From contig CAVVMG010000001.1 of the NCBI GenBank assembly GCA_963749415.1, forward strand, positions 1,806,765 through 1,870,764: DNA of 64,000 nucleotides, written 5' to 3'. A program made the position numbers and the translations under genes. The notes beneath the pieces were generated by a model. That model did not search any database. It saw only the letters and a program-made list of their open reading frames with translations, and was not told the DNA's origin. The DNA is from an uncultured Acidobacteriota bacterium. Its GTDB lineage: Bacteria; Actinomycetota; Acidimicrobiia; Spongiisociales; ZC4RG35. This document shows, piece after piece, positions 8,613 through 16,702 of this stretch; position 1 is the stretch's first letter; each line of letters begins with the position of its first letter.

Positions 8613-9713
8613 TCACTCGTCAACGGCGGCGAGGGCGTCGATCACGGTCGCCCAATGATCCCGGTTCGGGTCGATCAGTTCGAAGTGGCCAAACCCTTGG
8701 ATCACGCTCACAGTGGCGGCTTCATCGAGTCGCGTGCTGTGCTCCGAGGGAACGAGTGTGTCCTCATCGCCGTGAATCAGCAGCGTCGATTCGGGGAGTG
8801 TGTCGATCGTCCGTGGGGCCCCGGATGCCAGCAACTTGGCGGCCGGGCCGCTTCCCGGTCCGCCCGAGTCCGAGAGCAGTCCGAGATCGGTCACCGGGGC
8901 GAGGCCAACGGTGAGTGCGATCGGCTCCCGTGCCCGCGTCGCTGCCCAGAGCGCGAGATGACCACCAGCCGAATGACCGATGATCGCGGTGGGCCGATCC
9001 GATACCTCTGTGATTTGGCCGACCGAGTCGATCGCAGTCACGACGTCCTGCGCGGAGGCGGGCCAACCCCCGCCACCACCCAGCCGGCGGTACTCCAGGT
9101 TCCAGGTGGCCCACCCCCGTACCGTCAGGTCGACTGCGAGACTCTCCATGCCGTCACGCTGGTACTGGTCGAGCCAGAAGCCGCCGTGGACCAGCAGCAC
9201 CAGGCGATTGGGGTCACGCTCGGGGATGCGAAGGTCCCCGACTTGATCGCGATGGGGGCCGTAGCGAAGGGTGTCCACACGGAGGGCGGCCCGGTTGACG
9301 AGATGGCGAATGGCGTCCTCATAACCGGCGAGCCCGCGCCCGTAGATGGTGCGGACACAGGCCTCCGACACCAAGGACACCGCGCGCCAAGGCTCGCGCG
9401 CCCTCACGTTGGAGATGTGCACCTCGACGGTCGGCACCCCTACCGCCGAGATCGCATCACCGAGGGCACGAGAGGTGTGAGTCAGCGCGCCGGGGTTGAT
9501 GACGATCCCATCGTCGCCACGGGCTCCATGAATCGCCTCGATCAGGTCGCCCTCCTCGTTGGATTGGACGAAAGCGGTGTCGACGCCGAGGCCGGATGCG
9601 AAGTCGGCGATGCGTCCCTCGAGATCGACAAGAGTGGTCGACCCGTAGACCTCGGGCTCCCGGGTGCCCAACAGGTCGAGATTGGGGCCATTGATCACAG
9701 TGACCCGCATCAC
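8613..9713 (-). CDS. aroQ: Fusion protein: N-terminal type II 3-dehydroquinate dehydratase (AroQ) plus C-terminal alpha/beta-hydrolase (esterase)
   Basis: Residues 1-145 align end-to-end with type II DHQases (VINGPNL...REPxVYG...HISNVxARE). The ORF then continues without a stop into an alpha/beta-hydrolase with an HGGFW oxyanion motif, a GHSAGG nucleophile elbow and the C-terminal catalytic acid and His residues. Confidence 0.75.
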   Translation of the reverse strand: MMRVTVINGPNLDLLGTREPEVYGSTTLVDLEGRIADFASGLGVDTAFVQSNEEGDLIEAIHGARGDDGIVINPGALTHTSRALGDAISAVGVPTVEVHISNVRAREPWRAVSLVSEACVRTIYGRGLAGYEDAIRHLVNRAALRVDTLRYGPHRDQVGDLRIPERDPNRLVLLVHGGFWLDQYQRDGMESLAVDLTVRGWATWNLEYRRLGGGGGWPASAQDVVTAIDSVGQITEVSDRPTAIIGHSAGGHLALWAATRAREPIALTVGLAPVTDLGLLSDSGGPGSGPAAKLLASGAPRTIDTLPESTLLIHGDEDTLVPSEHSTRLDEAATVSVIQGFGHFELIDPNRDHWATVIDALAAVDE

Positions 9714-10465
9714 GCCACCTGCGGCAGATGGTCGGGGATCAGCGATCGCGCCTCGGCGACGATCTCCTCCGGGATCCGGCCCCGTTCGACATCGAAGGTG
9801 GAGCTCAGCGACTTGATCACCGCCCTGGAGACTTTCGATGGGTCCAAGCCAGGGGCCCGGTCGGCGAGAGCACCCGAGGTGCGCGGGTCCCAGTCGAGGT
9901 GCAACGCCCGATACACCGGGATCAGGACGTCCCGGATCCGCTCTCCGTCATCGACGACGATCACCCCGCCGACATGGGCAGCTCCTCTGACCAGACGCTG
10001 ACCGACGCCCATGACCTTGACCCGTCCTCCGACGTTGACCGACCACGAGCCGGGGCAGTACTCCCCGGGGACCTCCCCGACGCGGGCGTCGATGCCGAGC
10101 GCCTGAAAGGCGCGGGCCATCACTCCGGATATCACCTCGAAGCGCTCCCGGATCCCGGATCGGGGGTTGTCGTCGGTGACCGCCATGGCAAACGCCAGGG
10201 TCGACTCGTGGAAGACCGCGGCCCGCCCGCCCGCCAGCCGCTCTACCGCCCCGAATCCGTGGGCTTGCGCGGCTCGCACCGCCTGGGGATAACCGGGCTG
10301 AACCCGATCGGCTCTCCCGAAGGCGACAACAGGCGCGGGGACATGGAGCCGGAAGACCCCTGCCAGTTGCCCTCTGGCGACGGCGGCCAGCGTGGCATGT
10401 GACACCGCAACATCCATTGCGGGATGCTCGGTGAACGCCTCGGTCGAGAGGATCAGCTTTTCCAC
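9710..10465 (-). CDS. Biotin/lipoate A/B protein ligase family protein (LplA/LipB-like)
   Basis: About 250 aa with a BPL/LPL catalytic-domain-like sequence. The start is uncertain (GTG 10465 or ATG 10417). The stop overlaps the aroQ-fusion start (ATGA). Confidence 0.55.
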   Translation of the reverse strand: MEKLILSTEAFTEHPAMDVAVSHATLAAVARGQLAGVFRLHVPAPVVAFGRADRVQPGYPQAVRAAQAHGFGAVERLAGGRAAVFHESTLAFAMAVTDDNPRSGIRERFEVISGVMARAFQALGIDARVGEVPGEYCPGSWSVNVGGRVKVMGVGQRLVRGAAHVGGVIVVDDGERIRDVLIPVYRALHLDWDPRTSGALADRAPGLDPSKVSRAVIKSLSSTFDVERGRIPEEIVAEARSLIPDHLPQVA

Positions 10466-10581
10466 ATCCCGGAGGATAAGGAGTCCACTGTTAGCGTTTG
10501 GTGAACCGCGCCTCTCGGGGAACCCGGGGATGGCCGGCTTCGTTGAGCGGACGAGGGGGCCGACAAGTCCGAGGAGGGTGT

Positions 10582-11343
10582 GTGCCAAAGGCGTTCCGCG
10601 CGACCACTTTGATCTGTGTCGCAGCGCTCGTCGTCGCCTGCGGCGAGGCACCATTCCAGTCCCTGGGGCAACGCAGTTCGCATTGGATAGGCGAGCCCAC
10701 GGTGACCACCACCTCCACGATCGCCATCACCATCCCTGCGGTGATCAGCACCCGCGCCCTCAAATGGTTCAACGACACCATCGTCAACAGTGCTCCTGCC
10801 GACGATCCCGAAGCCGTTGAGAGTGTGGTGTTCGGGCGGCGCTCCGGTGATTTGTTCATCCAGGCCAGCCGAGTCGAAGTTGCAATCCTGCTCCCCGAGG
10901 TGAAGTTCCCGGCTTCAGTGCCCTATCTCTCCGAGTACGTCACCTCCCAACTCGTGTTCGACAACGACGGAGAGCTGGCGCGCGATCCGGTCGTGACCTT
11001 CGGCATCTGGTCCTCCGAGCCATACACCAGGTCGAGGTCGGTGGCCCAGATGGCGGTGCTCAAGGTTGCGTTCGACCCGGAGGCAGCCGAGGAGGTCCAG
11101 CAACCGGAGGCGGACGTCTCCTGTGCCCGTTTCAGCGACCGGTCCACTGAGGTTTGTGAGGCGTTTCAGATCGAGGGGCGGCCAGTCTGGACATTGACGG
11201 CGAGTAACGGGACCACGCTGGTCTGGTTCGACGGGTCATATCGCTACGAGCTGTTTGGACGCTCCTTCGTTCCCCTCGCCGCTCTCCAGCAGATGGCCAT
11301 CGAGTCATTGCCGCTCGGCGAGCTAGCGCCACCTCCCGCATAG
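10582..11343 (+). CDS. Putative lipoprotein of unknown function
   Basis: Signal peptide with lipobox-like LVVAC at the proposed GTG start, then a soluble domain. No recognisable catalytic motifs. Confidence 0.5.
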   Translation: MPKAFRATTLICVAALVVACGEAPFQSLGQRSSHWIGEPTVTTTSTIAITIPAVISTRALKWFNDTIVNSAPADDPEAVESVVFGRRSGDLFIQASRVEVAILLPEVKFPASVPYLSEYVTSQLVFDNDGELARDPVVTFGIWSSEPYTRSRSVAQMAVLKVAFDPEAAEEVQQPEADVSCARFSDRSTEVCEAFQIEGRPVWTLTASNGTTLVWFDGSYRYELFGRSFVPLAALQQMAIESLPLGELAPPPA

Positions 11344-11404
11344 TCTCGACCCGACCGAGCAAGGAGGGCCCAGCATCTTCCACTCCAGTGGCTGGTGGAC
11401 CTAT

Positions 11405-13267
11405 ATGCGGTATGACGAGGAGCACGATCGCCCCGACATCGATCGCGCCTTGCTCCGGCGCGTTTGGAGCTACGGCCGCCCCTATCTCCCCAGCCTGATC
11501 GGGATCCTGGCCACGATCCTGATCATCTCCGGATTGGGCGTGGTCCCGCCGATTCTGATTCGCCAGTTGCTGGACGAAGCGATTCCCAACAAGGACTTGG
11601 GTCAGCTGACGATGCTGGGGTTGGGGATGGTCCTGGTCCCGCTGATCAGCGCCCTGGTCGGTGTGGCCCAGCGTTGGTGGTCGTCCCGGGTGGGGGAAGC
11701 AATCATCTTCGACCTTCGTCGCCAACTGTTCGCCCACTTGCAGCGGATGTCGTTGCGCTTCTTCACGGCAACCAAGACCGGCGAGCTGATGAATCGGCTC
11801 AACAGCGACGTCGAAGGATCGCAGTCGGCGATCACCGGGACGCTGATGACGATCATCTCCAATGTGGTCTCGGTGGCCTTCATCCTGGTTGTGATGCTCC
11901 TCAACGACTGGCAGCTGACGGTTCTGGCGGTCGCCGTTCTCCCCCTCTTCGTGATCCCGGCCCGTCGCGTTGCCAAGGTGCTGAGGCGGATGACCCAGCA
12001 ACTGATGGAGCGCGAGGCCAAGATGTCGGGCACCCTCCAGGAGAGCTTCAACGTCAGTGGCGCCCTCCTCGTTCGCCTCTTCGGGCGGTGGGACGAGATG
12101 GCGCAGCGTTTTGGTGAGCAAGCGGCCGATGTGCGGGACCTCGAGGTGAGGCGGGCGATGGTGGGGCGTGGGTTCTTCGCCGCTCTCGGCCTGGTGGCGG
12201 CCATCGGAACCGCCACCGTGTTCTGGGTCGGGGGCTACCAGGTCATCCAGGGAGATATGACTCTCGGTGAACTGGTCATGTTCTCTGCCCTGCTCGTCCA
12301 GTTGTACGGACCGCTGGCGGGGATCTCCAACTCCCGTGTCGAGTTCGCCACTTCCCTCGTCTCGTTCGAACGGGTCTTCGAAGTTCTCGACCTTGAGATC
12401 GACATACCCGACCCCGCGGATCCCGAGCCCATGCTCCCGGCCACAGGTCGGGTCGAACTTTCGGATGTCTTCTTCAAGTACCAGGGCGAGGGGCCCGAGG
12501 GCCTGGAGGCGGTCAAGCGGTTCTGGGATCACGATGTCGCAGCCCCACCCTCCGCGTCTCCGGCATCCACTCGGGAGTGGGCGGTCAGGAACGCCTCTTT
12601 CGTGGCCGAGCCGGGGACCCTGACCGCCCTGGTCGGGCCCTCCGGAGCCGGCAAGACCACGATCTCCTATCTCGTCCCCAGGCTCTACGACGTCACCGAG
12701 GGTGCGGTGCTCATCGACGGTCACGACGTGCGCAGAGTCGCCCTTCGCGAGCTCGCCGGGACGATTGGTGTGGTCACCCAGGAGACCTATCTCTTTCACG
12801 ACACCATCGCCGCCAACCTCCGGTATGCGCGACCAGACGCCACCCTCGACGAGCTGGAGCGGGCAAGCCGGGCGGCGAACATCCACGAGATGATCTCGAA
12901 GCTGCCCGACGCCTATGAAACCGTGGTCGGGGAGCGGGGCTACCGGCTCTCGGGAGGCGAGAAGCAGCGGATCGCCATCGCCCGTGTCCTGCTCGAGGAC
13001 CCTCGGGTCCTCATCCTCGATGAGGCGACGTCGCACCTCGACTCCCGCTCCGAGTCCCTGATCCAAGAGGCTCTCGAGGGGCTGATGGAGGGACGGACTT
13101 CGATCGTCATCGCCCACCGTTTGTCGACAGTGCGCGCCGCCGACCAGATCCTGGTCCTCGACGAGGGCGAGATCGTCGAGCGAGGGGACCATGCCACCTT
13201 GGTGGCCCAGGGTGGTCTCTACGCATCGCTCTATCGAACCCAATTCGCAGAGCCGGCCTCGGCCTGA
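11405..13267 (+). CDS. ABC transporter ATP-binding protein/permease (type I exporter, MsbA/CydDC-like)
   Basis: 620 aa. Six-TM N-terminal domain, then Walker A GPSGAGKTT, an LSGGEKQR signature and Walker B ILILDEATS. Confidence 0.9.
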   Translation: MRYDEEHDRPDIDRALLRRVWSYGRPYLPSLIGILATILIISGLGVVPPILIRQLLDEAIPNKDLGQLTMLGLGMVLVPLISALVGVAQRWWSSRVGEAIIFDLRRQLFAHLQRMSLRFFTATKTGELMNRLNSDVEGSQSAITGTLMTIISNVVSVAFILVVMLLNDWQLTVLAVAVLPLFVIPARRVAKVLRRMTQQLMEREAKMSGTLQESFNVSGALLVRLFGRWDEMAQRFGEQAADVRDLEVRRAMVGRGFFAALGLVAAIGTATVFWVGGYQVIQGDMTLGELVMFSALLVQLYGPLAGISNSRVEFATSLVSFERVFEVLDLEIDIPDPADPEPMLPATGRVELSDVFFKYQGEGPEGLEAVKRFWDHDVAAPPSASPASTREWAVRNASFVAEPGTLTALVGPSGAGKTTISYLVPRLYDVTEGAVLIDGHDVRRVALRELAGTIGVVTQETYLFHDTIAANLRYARPDATLDELERASRAANIHEMISKLPDAYETVVGERGYRLSGGEKQRIAIARVLLEDPRVLILDEATSHLDSRSESLIQEALEGLMEGRTSIVIAHRLSTVRAADQILVLDEGEIVERGDHATLVAQGGLYASLYRTQFAEPASA

Positions 13268-13268
13268 G

Positions 13269-13637
13269 TCAAGCCCCTCGAGTGAGGTTCTCGACCAGCA
13301 TGCGTTGGTTGGTCGCGAGGAGGAGGGTCTGCCCGTCGTGGGACAGCCAGAGGTCGGGTCCGACCTCGAGCCAGACGTGCTTGGGAAGGCAGTCCAGGTT
13401 GCGCCGCTTCCGTGCCGACGGAGGGGCGTAGGCGAGAACCGACGGAGCGGGGGCGGCCAGGGCCTCGAGATGGCCAACGAGGTCGTAAGTGCCGAAGAGG
13501 TAGGCGAGACCCTCGGCGGGGTCGAGGTAGCCCTGGTCTGAAAGCCAGTCGACCCGCCCACACTCGGCGCATGCTGCCACCGCCACCCGGCCCACCCAGG
13601 TCGGGAGGTGCTCGCACGATTGAGAACCTTGGTCCAT
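13269..13637 (-). CDS. Hypothetical Cys-containing small protein
   Basis: About 120 aa from an internal start. The longer table ORF is Arg/Pro-rich and probably non-coding. Confidence 0.35.
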   Translation of the reverse strand: MDQGSQSCEHLPTWVGRVAVAACAECGRVDWLSDQGYLDPAEGLAYLFGTYDLVGHLEALAAPAPSVLAYAPPSARKRRNLDCLPKHVWLEVGPDLWLSHDGQTLLLATNQRMLVENLTRGA

Positions 13638-13675
13638 GGTGGAGAACCTAGAAACCGGGTGTGACAGAAACCGCT

Positions 13676-13730
13676 GATCCGCGATCCGCGATCCGCGATG
13701 GACAGGCGGACAGGCGGACTGCGGGCCTAG
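13676..13730. repeat. Short tandem repeats (gatccgc x3-4, then gacaggcg x2)
   Basis: Seen directly in the intergenic sequence tgatccgcgatccgcgatccgcgatggacaggcggacaggcgg. Confidence 0.6.
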
Positions 13731-14236
13731 AGCTCCAGGATCGGGACTTCCTGGGTGTCCTCGATCCGGGTGCCAGGCACCAGGAGCACCGGGAGATGGG
13801 CGTTGTCCATGACCCGGGCCGAGACGCTGCGCCATGCCTCCTCGGTGAACAGGCGGCGGGTGGCTCCCATGATCACGATCTCCGCCCCCACGTCCTCTGC
13901 GGTGTTGATGATTGCCTCGGCCGGGTCGTCTCCTTCAACGAAGCGGACCTCCGCGGACATGCCCGACGCCTGGAGCGCAGCGACTATTGGCTCCACTGCC
14001 TTCAGTCCTCGCTCTTCGAGGTAACGGGCAGCCTTGGCCTCGGCGTCGGATGAATCCATCGAGGCGTCGTCGAGGAAGGAGCGGCGAACATCGTCGTCCA
14101 GCTCGTCGAGAAAGGAGCGGGGCACCCGAACCACGGTCATCACGGTGACCTGGCCTTCCCCCGACCGGAGCCGGTCGCACAGTTCGGCCACCGGGGCGGA
14201 CGGAAGAACCCCGGTTGTGGCGATCAAGATGCGCAC
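13727..14236 (-). CDS. Universal stress protein (UspA family)
   Basis: 169 aa. Usp fold with the C-terminal G-x2-G-x9-G(S/T) ATP-binding-like motif region (IVIMGATRRLF). Confidence 0.8.
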   Translation of the reverse strand: MRILIATTGVLPSAPVAELCDRLRSGEGQVTVMTVVRVPRSFLDELDDDVRRSFLDDASMDSSDAEAKAARYLEERGLKAVEPIVAALQASGMSAEVRFVEGDDPAEAIINTAEDVGAEIVIMGATRRLFTEEAWRSVSARVMDNAHLPVLLVPGTRIEDTQEVPILEL

Positions 14237-14280
14237 CTGGCTGAGATTAGGGTTTCGTCCCCGCCTGCGTCGCTGCGAGT

Positions 14281-14778
14281 GTGATGGACCCCGAACTGCT
14301 CAACAAGGTCACCTGGAAGATCCCCAACGCCCTCACCCTGATCGGGTCGGCTGCGGCCGACGAGTGGAACGGGATGACGGCGTCGTGGGTCACCCAACTC
14401 TCCATGGAGCCCGTGCTCATCGGGGTCGGAATCGACAACAAGGCGGTCACCCATCGTCTCATCACCGAATCCGGGGCCTTCTCGGTCAACCTCTGGTCGC
14501 CCGAGGACACCCGGGTGTTCGTCAAATTCTCCAAACCGGCCTCGCGAGACGGGAACACGCTGAACGGGCGCCCGGTTCACGCCGGCAAGACCGGGGCGCC
14601 GATCTTCGACGAGGCGATCGCATGGATGGACTGCGAGGTTCGCCACACGCTCGATCTCGGGACTCACACCCTTTTCGTCGGCGAGGTCGTCGACGCGGGC
14701 GGTGGTGACGAGGAGAGAGCAGCAGCGATCTCGGACACCAGGATGAAGTACGGGGGAGTAAAGAGAGGCGGTCACTGA
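14281..14778 (+). CDS. Flavin reductase family protein (FMN-binding split barrel)
   Basis: 165 aa with a flavin-reductase-like domain (SWVTQLSMEPVLIGV...). Its stop overlaps the next start. Confidence 0.8.
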   Translation: MMDPELLNKVTWKIPNALTLIGSAAADEWNGMTASWVTQLSMEPVLIGVGIDNKAVTHRLITESGAFSVNLWSPEDTRVFVKFSKPASRDGNTLNGRPVHAGKTGAPIFDEAIAWMDCEVRHTLDLGTHTLFVGEVVDAGGGDEERAAAISDTRMKYGGVKRGGH

Positions 14779-15554
14779 TGGAGGCAACGGTCGAGGGGAA
14801 GGTCGGCCTGGTGACGGGCGGCAGCCGCGGCATCGGTCTGGCAACCGCGCTCGAGCTGGCGAGGAGCGGAGCTTCCGGCGTGACCATCACCTCCCGCAAG
14901 CAGGAGAACATCGAGGCCGCAGCGGAGGAACTGGTTGCCGCCGGGGTCGAGCCGGAACGCCTCCTCGCCCTGGCAGCGAGGTCCGACTCTGAGGAATCGG
15001 CCGACGAAGCCGTCGCCCGCACCGTCGAGCGTTTCGGGTCATGTGACATCCTGGTCAACAACGCCGGCACCAACCCCTCGGCCGGCCCACTGATGGAGGT
15101 GGACCTCGGCGCACTGGACAAGACATGGGCGGTGAACCTGCGGGCCCCCCTGCTCTGGGTGAGGGCGGCTTATCGGTCTTCGATGGCGGAGAAGGGCGGA
15201 TCGGTCGTGAACGTCTCCTCCATCGGAGGGCTGAGGGCGAGCCCGATCACCGGTGCCTACAACATATCCAAGGCGGGGTTGGTGCACATGACCCGCCAAC
15301 TGGCGTTCGAGCTCGCACCCCGGATAAGAGTCAACGCGGTTGCCCCCGCCGTGGTCAAGACCAGGCTTTCCGAGATGTTGTGGGCAGACGAGCCGGCGGC
15401 GGCCCGAATGCACCCGCTGGGCCGGTTGGGGACGCCCGAGGATGTCGCCCGAGCCATCGTGTTCCTCGCCTCGGACGCTGCGGACTGGATGACCGGGGTG
15501 ATCTTGCCCGTCGACGGGGGTATGACCGAAGCTTCATCGTCCGGCATAGCCTGA
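14778..15554 (+). CDS. SDR family oxidoreductase (FabG-like)
   Basis: TGGSRGIG cofactor motif, NNAG, and an S...YxxxK catalytic triad region. Confidence 0.85.
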   Translation: MEATVEGKVGLVTGGSRGIGLATALELARSGASGVTITSRKQENIEAAAEELVAAGVEPERLLALAARSDSEESADEAVARTVERFGSCDILVNNAGTNPSAGPLMEVDLGALDKTWAVNLRAPLLWVRAAYRSSMAEKGGSVVNVSSIGGLRASPITGAYNISKAGLVHMTRQLAFELAPRIRVNAVAPAVVKTRLSEMLWADEPAAARMHPLGRLGTPEDVARAIVFLASDAADWMTGVILPVDGGMTEASSSGIA

Positions 15555-15562
15555 GCATCGCA

Positions 15563-16702
15563 TTGACCCATCCCCGCCCCGATCCCGACCTGGCCCTTCG
15601 CTACCTGACAGGGCATGAGGACGACCGAGCCTTGTTCGAAGCCGCCAGGGCGCTGCGTGACGAGGGTCATGGCAAGACGATCACCTACAGCCGCAAGGTG
15701 TTCATCCCGTTGACGACGCTCTGTCGGGACCGATGCACGTATTGCACCTTCGCCAAGCCGCCGGGTGCCGGCGGTTTGTATCTGGAGCCCGAGGAAGTGC
15801 GGGCGGTCGCCAGGGCGGGTGATGAGGCGGGCTGCACCGAGGCCCTGTTCACCCTTGGAGACCGGCCCGAGGACCGCTGGCCCCAGGCGGCCGACTTCCT
15901 CGAGGCGAAAGGTCTTGGCTCCACCATCGAATACGTCGCGGCCATGTCTGCTCTCGTCCGCTCCGAGACTTCGCTGTTCCCTCATGCCAACCCGGGGCTG
16001 ATGGGTGACGCGGACATGCAGTTGCTCCGCCCGACCAACCCGTCGATGGGCCTGATGCTGGAGAACATCTCACCTCGTCTCATGGAGCCGGGGATGCCCC
16101 ATCACAATTGTCCGGACAAGGAACCCGCACTCAGGGTGGCCACGATCGAGGCAGCCGGCCGCAACCGTGTGCCGTTCACCACCGGGATCCTGGTCGGGAT
16201 AGGTGAGACCCCCGAGGAGATCGTCGCTTCCTTGTTTGCCCTCGACGATCTGGCGTCCCGGACCGGCGCCATCCAGGAGGTGATCATCCAGAACTTCCGA
16301 GCCAAGTGGGACACGCCGATGCGACGGTCGGCGGAGCCGGTGCCGCGCTGGTTCGCCCGGGTTGTCGCTCTGGCGAGGTGGATCATGGGTGCCGAGGCCA
16401 ACGTGCAGGTGCCTCCGAACCTGACGGATCAATTCGAGATCTACATCGACGCCGGGATCAACGACTGGGGTGGAGTCTCCCCGCTGACCATCGACTGGGT
16501 CAACCCCGAGGCCCCCTGGCCCCATCTCGAGGAGCTGAGGTCACGGACCGAGGCGGCCGGCCACACGCTGCGGCCCCGGCTTCCGGTCTATCCGGAGTTC
16601 ATCGACCTGGAATGGATCGATCCCGGTCTCCATCCACATATCGTGGCCGCTGCCGACGACGACGGGCTTGCCCGAATCCCGGACCAGGTTGGAGTGAGAT
16701 GA
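15563..16702 (+). CDS. cofG: 7,8-didemethyl-8-hydroxy-5-deazariboflavin (FO) synthase subunit CofG
   Basis: Radical SAM CxxxCxxC (CRDRCTYC) plus CofG-specific conserved blocks. Proposed TTG start, since there is no ATG. The stop overlaps cofH (ATGA). Confidence 0.8.
   Translation: MTHPRPDPDLALRYLTGHEDDRALFEAARALRDEGHGKTITYSRKVFIPLTTLCRDRCTYCTFAKPPGAGGLYLEPEEVRAVARAGDEAGCTEALFTLGDRPEDRWPQAADFLEAKGLGSTIEYVAAMSALVRSETSLFPHANPGLMGDADMQLLRPTNPSMGLMLENISPRLMEPGMPHHNCPDKEPALRVATIEAAGRNRVPFTTGILVGIGETPEEIVASLFALDDLASRTGAIQEVIIQNFRAKWDTPMRRSAEPVPRWFARVVALARWIMGAEANVQVPPNLTDQFEIYIDAGINDWGGVSPLTIDWVNPEAPWPHLEELRSRTEAAGHTLRPRLPVYPEFIDLEWIDPGLHPHIVAAADDDGLARIPDQVGVR

Noticed and set aside
11132-13561. 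809-aa ORF antisense to the ABC exporter
   Set aside because: Same shadow-ORF composition. The opposite strand encodes an unambiguous ABC transporter.
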